Assembly: GCA_965206595.1 (NCBI GenBank)
Contig: OZ242214.1
Coordinates: 6,240,001-6,304,000 of the forward strand
Length of the DNA: 64,000 nucleotides
From: Candidatus Latescibacterota bacterium
Lineage (GTDB): Bacteria; Latescibacterota; UBA2968; UBA8231
Direction of reading: 5' to 3'
This document shows, in pieces, positions 34,955-48,229 of this stretch. The notes under the pieces are model-generated. The model searched no databases. It was not told the origin of the DNA and was given only the letters and a program-made list of their open reading frames with translations. Each line of letters begins with the position of its first letter. Within the stretch, counting starts at the first letter, position 1. The position numbers were made by a program, and so were the translations under genes.

Positions 34955-35908
34955 TCAGTTCACGACGTTCTCGGGCTCGCCGGCGAGGAACGCCTTGACG
35001 TTGTCGACCAGGGTGTTGAGCAGCCGTGAGCGCGCCGACCGCGTCGCCCAGGCGATGTGCGGCGTGACGAAGCAGTTCCTGGCGCTGAACAGGGGATTGT
35101 CGCGCGGCGGAGGCTCCACCGAGACGACGTCGAGCCCGGCCCCGGCGATGCGGCCGGCGTTGAGGGCGTCGGCGAGCGCCCGGTCGTCGACGAGGGGGCC
35201 GCGGCTGGTGTTGATAAGCAGGGCCGATCCCTTCATCAGGTCGATGCGCCCGGCGTCGACGAGGTTCTCCGTTTCCGGGGTCAGCGGGCAGTGCAGGCTG
35301 ATGACGTCGCTGCGCCGGAAGAGGTCGTCGACGTCGGTGAACTCGACACCGGGAAAATCCGCAGGGTCGAGAAAGGCGTCGTGGGCGAGCAGCTCCATGC
35401 CGAGGGCGCGGCCGATGCCGCCGGTGCGCTGCCCGATGCGGCCGTAGCCGACGATCCCCAGGGTCAGCCCGTCGAGCTCGCGCAACGGGAAGTCCCAGTA
35501 ACAGAAGTCGCGGCACTCGCTCCAGCGCCCCTCCGTGACGGTGCCGGCGTGGTGGGCGACCCGCTGCGTCAGGTTGAGGACGTGGGCGAAGACCATCTGC
35601 GCCACCGAGGCGGTGCCGTAGGTCGGGATGTTGGTCACCGGGATGTCCCGCTCCCGGGCAGCCTCGATGTCGACGACGTTGAATCCGGTCGCCTGGACGC
35701 CGATGTATTTCAGATCGGGAAGCCGGCCGATCACCTCGCGCGAGAGCTCCACCTTGTTGGTCATGACAACCTCCGCTCCCTGGGCCCGTTCCACCGCCTG
35801 CTCGTTCAGGGAATGGTCGTAGACCGTGAGCTCGCCGAGGGCCTCCAGGCCCTCCCAGCTGAGATCGCCTGGATTGAGAGTGTATCCGTCGAGTACGACA
35901 ATCTTCAT
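34955..35908 (-). CDS. D-2-hydroxyacid dehydrogenase (glycerate dehydrogenase-like)
   Basis: IVVLDGYTLNPGD, GIVGYGRIG, LHCPL, INTSRG, TPHIAW. Confidence 0.93.
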   Translation of the reverse strand: MKIVVLDGYTLNPGDLSWEGLEALGELTVYDHSLNEQAVERAQGAEVVMTNKVELSREVIGRLPDLKYIGVQATGFNVVDIEAARERDIPVTNIPTYGTASVAQMVFAHVLNLTQRVAHHAGTVTEGRWSECRDFCYWDFPLRELDGLTLGIVGYGRIGQRTGGIGRALGMELLAHDAFLDPADFPGVEFTDVDDLFRRSDVISLHCPLTPETENLVDAGRIDLMKGSALLINTSRGPLVDDRALADALNAGRIAGAGLDVVSVEPPPRDNPLFSARNCFVTPHIAWATRSARSRLLNTLVDNVKAFLAGEPENVVN

Positions 35909-36168
35909 CTATCGCGTCTCCTGTCGCCCCATGTGAGGGGATGGGCTTTCCGCTCGTTGCGGCGCCGCGCTGAACGGCCCGCGTGGTCAGGACAGGATAA
36001 ACGGATTTAGCGGGGGAGCGGGCAAGGGAGAAGGCGGTCCGCGCCTTTGTCATTGGTGCTGATGGCGGTGTCAAGTCGAGAGCGCGATAGACCCTCTGTA
36101 CTGACGTGTCATCCCTGGGAAATTCCGATTAGGTTTAGCCTTCTTTGACCGGAGGGGAGCAGAAGCCC

Positions 36169-37287
36169 ATGCAACAGACCCGGATGCATCGCACCGACCA
36201 AGGTCTTTCCATGACCAGGGGTTGGTACGAAGACTGCCGGCGGCTGGCGGCGCAGGTCCCCCGACTTGGGATCTGTCTCCTGAGCGCCGGGATGGTTGCA
36301 TGGGCAGGGTCGGCGGCGGCGCAGGATGGCGGGGCCGCGGAGCTGTGTCGGAACGGGGTTGTCGTGCCTGAGCCGCAGGACCATCCAGGCCTCGTGGCTG
36401 ATTGTGCAGCGCTGCTGGGCGCCCTGAGCCAGTGGGGGGATTCCGGTTTGAACTGGAGCGCGGAAAGACCGATCCGTCGATGGGAGGATATCTGGTTGTC
36501 GGAAACCTCAAACGAATTGCGGGTCACAATCCTGAGCCCGGAGTACCACAACTTGGAGGAGCTCCCCCCTGAAATAGGCCAACTGTCAAAGCTTGAGCAT
36601 CTGGATTTTTCACGGAATGAACTCAAGACCATTCCACCTGAAATAGGTCAACTCATCCAACTGAAGAGCTTGGACCTGCGTTCCAACAACTTGGAGATGC
36701 TCCCCCCTGAAATAGGTCAACTGTCAAAGCTTGAGTATCTGACACTCTGGGCGAATGAACTCAAGACGATCCCACCTGAAATAGGTCAACTCACGCAACT
36801 GGAGACTGCAACTGGAGACCCTGGTCCTGTCTACCAACGACTTGGAGGAGCTCCCCCCTGAAATAGGCCAACTGGCAAAGCTTGAGTATCTGTCACTCTC
36901 GGGGAATGAATTCGAGATGATCCCTTCCGAGTTAAGCCAACTTGGAAACCTGAGGACACTCTATATCGGCTTTTGTCGACTGAGGGGAGCGATCTTGCCT
37001 GATTTGGGCAATCTCGACCAGTTGGAGTGGCTTTACTTGGCGGGCAACTTTTTGTCGGGGGCGATTCCCCCGGAGTTGGGTCAATTGGCCTTGTTAGAGA
37101 TCTTGAACCTCTCCGAAAACGATCTGACGGGAGAGATTCCACCTGACTTGGGGTCGCATGGCTGCCTTGGAAAGGTTGGACCTCTCCCGCAATGCCTTGA
37201 GTGGACCGATTCCGCCCGAGTTGGGTCAATTGGCCTTGTTAAGGGTCTTAAATCTCTCCGAAAACGATCTGACGGGGCAGATTCCAC
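36169..37287 (+). pseudogene. Secreted leucine-rich repeat protein, frameshifted twice and truncated by IS1380
   Basis: Signal peptide, N-cap CRNGVVVP..DCAALL..LNWS, LPPEIGQL repeats. 13-bp duplication at 36795-36819, extra G at 37150-37153, IS1380 inverted repeat at 37288. Confidence 0.85.
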
Positions 37288-39147
37288 CCCTTGTTATTCA
37301 TGGAATTTTAGTGGAGAGGGCTGTACTGGGTGCCTCCCATGCTTAGATTTCAGAGGGAAACACAAGGCAGTATCGCCCTTTGAACCCATCACACAGTAGG
37401 ACACCCAATGGGTGAATTACCGTCACACACCGAGTCCGAGCAAGCCGGGCCGATTCAGCCGTCTTTCAACCGCTCCATCCACATCGAAGCCCGCCCCACC
37501 CACCTTGGCAGCGACACCGGTGCGCTGATGTTGCGTCAACTGCTCGAACACAGCCGGGTTCTGGATTGGCTCGACGCCCACTTCGAGGATCTCCGTACCC
37601 AAGACCAGATCACGCACCCGCTGCCGGAGCTGCTGCGCACACAGATCGTGCTGCTGGCACAGGGCTGGACCCACGCCGCCGACGCCGACGCGTTGCGCCA
37701 AGATCCGATCCTGCGTCTGGCGGTCAGCGATCGCAAAGGGCAGGCGCCGTTGCGCAGCGGCGACGAAGACCGGCCGCAGGGACTGGCCAGTCAGCCGACG
37801 CTGTCGCGCCTGCTCGAGCAAGCCTCGACTGCCTATAACCGCGAGGTGTTGGAGGAAGCCGTCCTGCGCAGCGCCCGGTCTCGTTGCCGGCTGCTGGAAG
37901 GACGGATGAAATACGAGGAGTTGGCCGTCGACATGGATGCCCTGCCGATGCCGGCGCACGGGCACCAGGCGGGGGTCGAATACAACGGCTACTTCCACGC
38001 CTCGGGGTACCATCCCCTGCTCCTCGGCTCGGCGCAGACGGGCGATTTCTTCGGTGCCGTGCTGCGGCCGGGCAACGTGCACGCCCATGAGGGCGCCTCA
38101 GAGGCTCTCGGCAAGCGCTTGGACTGGATTCAGTCGCATCTGGCCCGGCGCCTCATCCTGCGCTTCGACGCGGCCTCGGTGAGCGGGTCTTTCCTGAGTG
38201 AGCTGGAAGCGCGGGCCGACACCTCGTACGTGGCGCGCATCAAGAAGAATGCGCGCCTGGAGGAGCTGGCTCGTGCCTGGGTGGAAGGCTATCAGCAGGA
38301 GCTGGCGCAGCACCCGGAAGAGCTGCGGGAAGAGGGTTTTCGCTGTCGCGAGCTGCGCTATCAAGCCAGGTCCTGGGCGCAGCCCCGGCGGGTGGTGTTG
38401 GTCCTGGTCCCTTCCGAGACGGAAGAGCTGCCCATCGCCCGCCACTTCTTCCTGATCACCGACCAGAGTCCCCAGACGATGAGCGGCCGCGACCTGGTCG
38501 CCTTTTATCGTCAGCGCGGCCTTTTCGAGCGCATGCTCGGCGAGTTGAGCTCCACCCTCCAGCCTCAGCTCTCCTCTACCACCCGTCGCAAGCAACACTA
38601 CCGGGGTCGAGAGCCGCGTCAGCGCACCCCGTCCCGGGATGCCTTCGCTGCCAACCAGGCGCTTCTGACCTTGAACCTGCTGGCCTACAACCTGCTTCAC
38701 CTGGGCCGCCAGGCCGCCGAACGCGCCGAGGCCCGACGCGGGCGGCCCCGCACATACGGACGCTCGACGACGGCCCTGAGCCTGGACAGTTTTCGACGGC
38801 GCTACCTGCGCCTGCCGTCCCGCGTCACCTTGCATGGGCGCAGGGTGGGCGTCATCCTGACCCAAGGGACGGCGGCTGCCTGGGATCGTCTGTGGAGATT
38901 TCTGGCCACGCTCAAACCGGTGGACGCGGCGATGGCGTAAGCGCAGGCCGGGTCGGTCGGGATGATGGGCTCGCAAAGGCAAGCGTCTTCGAGAAGGCGC
39001 GTACAATTTCAACAAGGTCGGTAGAGATAAGGAGACGGCTCTACCCAAAAAGCCGACTATAGAAGGGACGCAAGCCTCTGAGGCTAAGCAAAGGGGTCTC
39101 GGAAGCGCCTATGTCCGCTTATGCGCGGGTTGAATGAATAACAAAGG
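37288..39147 (+). mobile_element. IS1380 family insertion sequence (~1860 bp)
   Basis: Terminal IRs CCCTTGTTATTCATGGAA (37288) and TTGAATGAATAACAAAGG (ending 39147) around a single transposase; no target duplication. Confidence 0.88.
37408..38940 (+). CDS. IS1380 family DDE transposase
   Basis: SDTGAL, LASQPTLSRL, DMD..HGHQ..YNGYF..YHPL, LRPGNVH, LRFDAA, FYRQRG..E. Confidence 0.92.
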   Translation: MGELPSHTESEQAGPIQPSFNRSIHIEARPTHLGSDTGALMLRQLLEHSRVLDWLDAHFEDLRTQDQITHPLPELLRTQIVLLAQGWTHAADADALRQDPILRLAVSDRKGQAPLRSGDEDRPQGLASQPTLSRLLEQASTAYNREVLEEAVLRSARSRCRLLEGRMKYEELAVDMDALPMPAHGHQAGVEYNGYFHASGYHPLLLGSAQTGDFFGAVLRPGNVHAHEGASEALGKRLDWIQSHLARRLILRFDAASVSGSFLSELEARADTSYVARIKKNARLEELARAWVEGYQQELAQHPEELREEGFRCRELRYQARSWAQPRRVVLVLVPSETEELPIARHFFLITDQSPQTMSGRDLVAFYRQRGLFERMLGELSSTLQPQLSSTTRRKQHYRGREPRQRTPSRDAFAANQALLTLNLLAYNLLHLGRQAAERAEARRGRPRTYGRSTTALSLDSFRRRYLRLPSRVTLHGRRVGVILTQGTAAAWDRLWRFLATLKPVDAAMA

Positions 39148-39152
39148 TTCAT

Positions 39153-39542
39153 ATGGAGGCCCTCAATCGATCGCTCGGCGATGCCGGAGAAGCATTGGTT
39201 ATGAATTTCGAGCGCGCCAGGCTCCTGGGTGAAGGCAAGGACCACTTGGCCAGAAACGTCGAGCAGGTCTCCAAAACTGTGGGCGACCATGCCGGTTTTG
39301 ATATTCATTCGTACGAAGTCAACGGGCGGGACCGGTTCATCGAGGTCAAGACGACGCGTTACGGCAAGCTCACGCCGTTCTACATAAGTGAAGGCGAGGT
39401 CCGATTCTCCGATGCGAACGCACAAGCCTACCATCTCTACCGGCTTTTCGAGTTTCGGCAGAGCCCCAAGCTCTTCCAGTTACCAGGGGATGTCAGGCGT
39501 CAGGTGCAGTTACAGGCAGTCAACTACCGCGCACACCTCTGA
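39153..39542 (+). pseudogene. DUF3883 (NO VEIN C-terminal, PD-(D/E)xK nuclease) domain; 5' end probably lost at the IS1380 end
   Basis: LGDAGEALV...GDHAGFDIHSY...FIEVKTT...FYISEGE...YHLYRLF; begins 6 nt after the IS end. Confidence 0.75.
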
Positions 39543-39619
39543 GAACCGCCCTGTATTTATTCCGTCGTCGAGCCCGAATCCTGGGGAAGGATCAAACACC
39601 AGTGAGTTACCGGCCCTTT

Positions 39620-39800
39620 TTCGACAGTTTGGGATTATGACAAGGATTCGGTCGCCAAGGTCGAAGTGTGGGATGTGAGAACAGGCAGGAGAATCGCTAC
39701 CCTGCAGGGATCGGGGTGCAAGGACCAAGTGCTGTCGTTCTCACCCGATGGGACCTCGTTGGCCTGCGTATCCCCGTATGGGGTCATCCTTTGGGACGAA
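39620..39800 (+). pseudogene. WD40 repeat remnant
   Basis: VEVWDVRTGRRIATLQG...LSFSPDGTSLAC...VILWD; no start of its own. Confidence 0.65.
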
Positions 39801-40046
39801 TCCGTTGCCCTGCCCGAAGGGGGCCTGAAAGGACGGTTGCAGTGCATCCCAGAAGGAGTGTCTGACGGGGACCATCGAGTTCGGGGGAACAACTTCGTCC
39901 AGCAGCTTCCTGTCCTCAGCCCCCCGCGCGGGCAGGACGTGATCGAATCAGACGTGGTGGTGGGAGTCTCGCCGGGAGAGAAAGAGCCATTGGCTTCGCC
40001 CAAGTCGACCCCTTCTACCTGGGGTCCAAGTCAAGGAGTCCGAGCG

Positions 40047-43000
40047 ATGAAAATGCACCGCACTCGAACGTACCGTCTGAGCTTGGTTGCCCTACTCGCA
40101 TTGCCGTGGCTGCTTTCGTGCTCAGACAAAAGCAAGGTGGTCAATACCCCTGATCAGGCGCGCGGCGAGGACCAGGCGCACGTCGACCTCAAGTCCCGGC
40201 CGTCGGTGTTCGCCCTGCCTCCCAAGCGCGACAGCAGCAGCGTGACGGTAAGCGAACCGGTGCGCGCGATCGACAACAACGCCGAACGCCGGGAACGAGC
40301 TTCCGCACTGGCTTCTTTGTACAAGGCGACCGAAGGGAAGAATTGGAAGAACAACACCAACTGGCTGAACTACGACGTGCCGCTGAGTAAATGGCATGGC
40401 GTCGAGACGGACCCCCAGGGTCGCATCATCGGGCTGGACCTCCGCGACAACGGGCTGGTGGAGGGATCCCTCCCGGCCGAACTGGGCCAGCTAACCGACC
40501 TTGAAAGGCTGGACCTTTCCGAAAACTGGATGAAGGGTTCCATCCCGCCCGAACTGGGCCAGCTGACCAACCTGAAACACCTGGACCTAAGCGAAAACGA
40601 CGATTTGAGGGGTTCCATTCCGTCCGAACTGGGCCAGCTGACCAACTTGGAATACCTGGACCTTGGTAGGCAAATTTACTTTTTGGAGTACGGCGGGGGG
40701 GGGTTTGGTCCTATTCCGCCCGAACTGGGCCAGCTGACCAACCTGAAATACCTGAACTTCTCCACTAGCGGCATTGACGGGTCCATCCCGCCGGAACTGG
40801 GCCAGTTGATCAATTTGGAAGAGCTGTACTTCTCCAACACCGAGTTTTTGTACATCACCGGGTTGAGGTTTCTCCCCCCCGAACTGGGCCAGCTGACCAA
40901 CCTGAGAGTGCTGGCCCTTTCCGCCAACCCGTTGAGCTCCCTCCCCCCGGAACTGGGCCAGTTGATCAATTTGAAAGAGCTATACCTCCGCAATACCTGG
41001 AAGTTGAGTTCCCTCCCGCCCGAACTGGGCCAGCTGACCAACCTGAAAAAGCTGGACCTCAGCGGCAGCCAGTTAAGTTCCCTCCCGCCCGAACTGGGCC
41101 AGCTGACCAACCTGGAAGTGCTGTACATCAGACGTATGGAGGAGTTGAGGGAAATTCCCCCCGAATTGGGCCAGCTGACCAACCTGAAAGTGCTGGACCT
41201 TTCCGAAAACTGGATGGAGAGTTCCCTCCCGCCCGAACTGGGCCAGCTGACCAACCTGATAAAGCTGGACCTTACCTCCAACTACTGGAGCGGTTCTATC
41301 CCGCCCGAACTGGGCCAGCTGACCAACCTGACAGAGCTGGATCTCTCCGGCAACCGGCACGGGCAACTGAGCGGTTCCATCCCGCCCGAGTTGGGCCAGA
41401 TGTTCAATCTGGAACGGCTGGATCTCAGCTACAACGACTTGAGCGGTTCCATCCCGCCCGAACTGGGTCAGCTGAACCACCTGGGATCGCTGAACCTCTC
41501 CGACAACGAATTGAGCGCCATCCCGCCGGAACTGGGCCAGCTGACCCACCTGAAAGGGCTGCATCTTCACGCCAACGAATTGAGCGGTTCCATCCCGCCC
41601 GAACTGGGGCAGCTGACCAACCTGGAAGGGCTGTATCTTCACGCCAACGAATTGAGCGGTTCCATCCCGCCCGAACTGGGGCAGCTGACCAACCTGGAAG
41701 GGCTGAACCTCTCCGACAACGACTGGAGCGGTTCCATCCCGCCCGAACTGGGGCAGCTGAACCACCTGGGATCGCTGAACCTCTCCGACAACGACTTGAG
41801 CGGTCCCATCCCGCCCGAACTGGGTCAGCTGACCCACCTGGGATCGCTGAACCTCTCCGACAACGAATTGAGCGGTCCCATCCCGCCCGAACTGGGCCAG
41901 CTGACCAACTTGAAATGGCTGGATCTCAGCGACAACGACTTGAGCGGGTCCATCCCGCCTGAACTGGGCCAACTGGTCAATCTGCGAGAGCTGCTCCTCG
42001 GCGGCAACCGGTTGAGCGGGTGTATCCCCGTCGCGCTGAATGGGATCTACGAAGAGGGGTTGTGGCCGTTCTGCGGGGACGGTAGCGAACCACCTGACGG
42101 CGATCCGGAATTATCCGCACTGGCTGCGCTGTACAGGGCTACGGACGGGGGAAACTGGGCGGAGAACACCAACTGGCTGAACTACGAGGTGCCCCTGAGT
42201 GAATGGCATGGCGTCGAGACAGACCCCAACGGTCGCATCACCGAGCTGTCCCTATCCGAAAACCAGTTGAGTGGTTCTCTCCCGTACAAACTGAGCCAGC
42301 TGGCCAACCTGGAACATTTGAACCTCGGCGCAAACGATTTAAGCGGTTCCATCCCGCCCGAATTGGGCCAGCTGTCCAACCTGAAATTTCTGGACCTCAG
42401 CCGAAACCGGTTGAACGGATCCATCCCGCCCGAACTAGGTCAGCTGAGCAACCTGGAAGTGCTGAATCTCGACTCCAACTACTTACGCGGTACCATCCCG
42501 TTGGAATTGGGCCAGTTGGCCAATCTGGAAGTGCTGAACCTTGCTTCATCCCAAATGGATTTGAGGGGCGGTATTCCGCCCGAACTGGGCCAGCTGTCGA
42601 ACCTGAAATTCCTGGACCTCAGCCGAAACCGGTTGAGCGGCTCCATCCCGCCCGAACTGGGCCAGTTGACCAACTTGGAAGTGCTGAATCTCAGGCAGAA
42701 CTGGTTAAGCGAATCCATCCCGGCCGAACTGGGCCAGATGACCAATCTGGAAGTGCTGGATCTCAGTGGGAACAGCTTTAGCGGATCTATCCCACCCGAA
42801 CTGGGCCAGTTGACCAACCTGAAAAAGCTGGATCTTTTCGACAACAGCTTTAGCGGATCCATCCCGCCCGAACTGGGCCAACTGGCCAATCTGGAATGGC
42901 TGTACCTTCGCCTCAACAGCTTTAGCGGATCTATCCCGCCCGAATTGGGCCTGATGACCAACCTAAAAGTGCTGGATCTCCCCGCCAACCGGTTGAGCGG

Positions 43001-43364
43001 ATCCATCCCGCCGGAACTGGGCCAGCTGGCTAACCTGGAAGTGCTGCATCTTGGCAACAACGGGTTGGAGGGTTCCATCCCGCCCGAACTGGGCCAGCTG
43101 ACGAACTTGGAAGAACTGGACTTTGACCACAACGAGCTGGGGGAGGGTATCCCGCCCGAACTGGGCCAGCTGACGAACTTGAAAGTATTGGACCTCAGCT
43201 TCAACAACCTGAGCGGATCCATCCCGCCCGAACTGGGCCAGCTGACCCACCTAAAAAGCCTTGACCTCCGGGGCAACGAGTTGACCGGGTGCGTCCCCGT
43301 CGCGCTGAAGGAAGTCTATGGAGGAGAGTTGCCATTCTGCGGATTTGACCTTTTCCGGCCATGA
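40047..43364 (+). CDS. Large LRR lipoprotein with two N-capped plant-type LRR solenoids (about 22 + 15 repeats)
   Basis: AAGGAG RBS before ATG 40047; lipobox LLSC; two ALxxLYxATxGxNW..NWL caps; consensus [22 protein letters not shown]. Confidence 0.92.
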   Translation: MKMHRTRTYRLSLVALLALPWLLSCSDKSKVVNTPDQARGEDQAHVDLKSRPSVFALPPKRDSSSVTVSEPVRAIDNNAERRERASALASLYKATEGKNWKNNTNWLNYDVPLSKWHGVETDPQGRIIGLDLRDNGLVEGSLPAELGQLTDLERLDLSENWMKGSIPPELGQLTNLKHLDLSENDDLRGSIPSELGQLTNLEYLDLGRQIYFLEYGGGGFGPIPPELGQLTNLKYLNFSTSGIDGSIPPELGQLINLEELYFSNTEFLYITGLRFLPPELGQLTNLRVLALSANPLSSLPPELGQLINLKELYLRNTWKLSSLPPELGQLTNLKKLDLSGSQLSSLPPELGQLTNLEVLYIRRMEELREIPPELGQLTNLKVLDLSENWMESSLPPELGQLTNLIKLDLTSNYWSGSIPPELGQLTNLTELDLSGNRHGQLSGSIPPELGQMFNLERLDLSYNDLSGSIPPELGQLNHLGSLNLSDNELSAIPPELGQLTHLKGLHLHANELSGSIPPELGQLTNLEGLYLHANELSGSIPPELGQLTNLEGLNLSDNDWSGSIPPELGQLNHLGSLNLSDNDLSGPIPPELGQLTHLGSLNLSDNELSGPIPPELGQLTNLKWLDLSDNDLSGSIPPELGQLVNLRELLLGGNRLSGCIPVALNGIYEEGLWPFCGDGSEPPDGDPELSALAALYRATDGGNWAENTNWLNYEVPLSEWHGVETDPNGRITELSLSENQLSGSLPYKLSQLANLEHLNLGANDLSGSIPPELGQLSNLKFLDLSRNRLNGSIPPELGQLSNLEVLNLDSNYLRGTIPLELGQLANLEVLNLASSQMDLRGGIPPELGQLSNLKFLDLSRNRLSGSIPPELGQLTNLEVLNLRQNWLSESIPAELGQMTNLEVLDLSGNSFSGSIPPELGQLTNLKKLDLFDNSFSGSIPPELGQLANLEWLYLRLNSFSGSIPPELGLMTNLKVLDLPANRLSGSIPPELGQLANLEVLHLGNNGLEGSIPPELGQLTNLEELDFDHNELGEGIPPELGQLTNLKVLDLSFNNLSGSIPPELGQLTHLKSLDLRGNELTGCVPVALKEVYGGELPFCGFDLFRP

Positions 43365-43839
43365 AACAGGGTCGAGGCGGTGGCGTTTTCGCCGGATGGC
43401 ACTGCCCTCGCTTCCGGGGTCCCTCGACCACACCATTAAGCTGTGGGAGGTGACGACTGGAGAAGAAATGGCCACTCTGAAAGGGCACTCGCTTGTGGTC
43501 TACCGTGTGGCCTTTTCACCTGACGCTACAACCCTCGCTTCCTCATCGCGTGACGGCACGATTCTGTTGTGGGATATGTCCCCGTACATCAACTCTACAC
43601 CCTCGGAGATCCAATCTCCTTCTCCTCCGTTACCGACGCAGACGGCGCTGCTAGCCAACTTTCCTAACCCCTTCAACTCAGGCACCAATATTCCCTATCA
43701 ACTTCACACGCCGGCCATGGTGAGCCTTAACATCTACGATATCCAGGGTGCCCTGGTCCGAAAAATTGACCTGGGCTATCGAGTGGCGGGACAAGCCGGG
43801 CGGATCGCCCACGTGCGCAAAATGCTTGTCCTGAAATAG
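43348..43839 (+). pseudogene. WD40 repeats plus degenerate FlgD-Ig/sorting domain, 5'-truncated
   Basis: TFSGHE..VAFSPDG..DHTIKLWE..LKGH..VAFSPD..ILLWD; LLANFPNPFN..IYDIQGALVR..RKMLVLK. Compensating frameshifts at 43369 and 43416. Confidence 0.75.
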
Positions 43840-43963
43840 CGCGTAGGGCCATTTGCATTAGTTTGAGTTATCCTTTCCAAGCAATTTCTAAATGTGGGAA
43901 TTGTTTAGCCTGATTATTTCCCTGGCAAGAAACCAATTAACCCCGACACACGTCCGATGTCCG

Positions 43964-44008
43964 GTCCAGGTACATGCTTTACACATCAGTCCAGGTACAT
44001 GCTTTACA
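43964..44008. repeat. 20-bp direct repeat GTCCAGGTACATGCTTTACA x2 with 5-nt spacer, upstream of the RND operon
   Basis: Copies at 43964-43983 and 43989-44008. Confidence 0.85.
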
Positions 44009-44068
44009 ATTTCGCCCACCTTTATAGCACAATTCCTGTGAATTACTCACTCCGCCGAGGAAACCTGA

Positions 44069-45079
44069 ATGCCCCCTGCCTTTCTCCTGCTCCTGATCCT
44101 GCTGCCCGGTGCACTCCCGGGCCAGGAGCGCCCGCCGTCGCCGGTCATCGTCGCCGAGGTTCTCGAGCAACCGCTCGTCGAGGATCTCTCCTTTGTCGGG
44201 CGCATCCTGCCCATACGCTCCAGCCGCGTCGCCGCCGAGACCGAAGGGCAGGTGGTCAAACGTTTCAAGGACGCCGGCCAGACCGTGCGCGCCGGCGACC
44301 CCCTCTTCGAGTTGGCCAACGATCCGCTCCAGGCCGCCCTGGCCGAAGCAGAGGCCGATCTGGCGCTGCGCCGGTTCATGCACGACGGCAGCCACCGGTT
44401 GCGCGCCACCGACACCGTCTCCGAGCAGGATCTGCGCACCAAGGCCTTCGAGCTGGCTCGCGCCGAGACCAGGCTGAGCGGCCTCCAGGCCCAGGTAGAC
44501 AACCTCCTCGTCCGCGCCCCTTTCTCCGGGCACATCATCCGCACCTTTACCGAGGTTGGCGAGTGGGTCGGGCGCGGAGGTGAGATCGCCCAGGTAATCT
44601 CCATCGACACGGTGCGCGTGATCGTCGAGGTGCCCGAGCACGACGTGCCGCAGCTCGCTTTGGGGGACCGCGTCGGCATCGTCGTCGATGCCCTCGGCGG
44701 CGATCCCGTCGCCGGCCTCGTGACCGCCATCTCCGCCGAGGGCTACGCCTCCTCCCGCACCTTCCCGGTCATCGTCGAGGCCGCCAATCCGGAAGGCCGG
44801 ATGCGCAGCAATATGTCGGCGCGGGTGCGCTTCCGGATCGCGCAGGCCAAGGCGTCGCTTCTGGTGCACAAGGACGCTCTGGTCTCCGGACCGCAAGGAC
44901 AGGTCGTGTACCTCGCCCGCGACGGCAAAGCCCTGAGCCGCCCCGTCGAAACCGGGCTGGCGCACCAGGGCTACGTGGCCGTTACGGGAGACCTCGCACC
45001 CGGCGATCTGGCGGTGGTGCGCGGCAACGAGCGGCTGATGGACGGCCAGGCCGTGCGCATCATCCGCAGGCAGCCATAA
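44069..45079 (+). CDS. RND efflux periplasmic adaptor
   Basis: Signal peptide, VAAETEGQV..GQTVRAGDPL, VRAPFSG, SRTFPV. Confidence 0.9.
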   Translation: MPPAFLLLLILLPGALPGQERPPSPVIVAEVLEQPLVEDLSFVGRILPIRSSRVAAETEGQVVKRFKDAGQTVRAGDPLFELANDPLQAALAEAEADLALRRFMHDGSHRLRATDTVSEQDLRTKAFELARAETRLSGLQAQVDNLLVRAPFSGHIIRTFTEVGEWVGRGGEIAQVISIDTVRVIVEVPEHDVPQLALGDRVGIVVDALGGDPVAGLVTAISAEGYASSRTFPVIVEAANPEGRMRSNMSARVRFRIAQAKASLLVHKDALVSGPQGQVVYLARDGKALSRPVETGLAHQGYVAVTGDLAPGDLAVVRGNERLMDGQAVRIIRRQP

Positions 45080-45085
45080 TCCGCC

Positions 45086-48229
<3,144 letters not shown>

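Noticed and set aside
39666-40046. N-terminal extension of the 1232-aa ORF as a true WD40-LRR fusion
   Set aside because: A strong RBS, signal peptide and lipobox at 40047 mark the real start; upstream is a remnant that happens to be in frame
40440-43300. Regular ~72-bp repeats resembling a CRISPR array
   Set aside because: They are in-frame LRR codons within one ORF; no cas genes and no unique spacer structure
36169-43364. Diversity-generating retroelement acting on the LRR genes
   Set aside because: No reverse transcriptase and no TR/VR pair with adenine-specific differences
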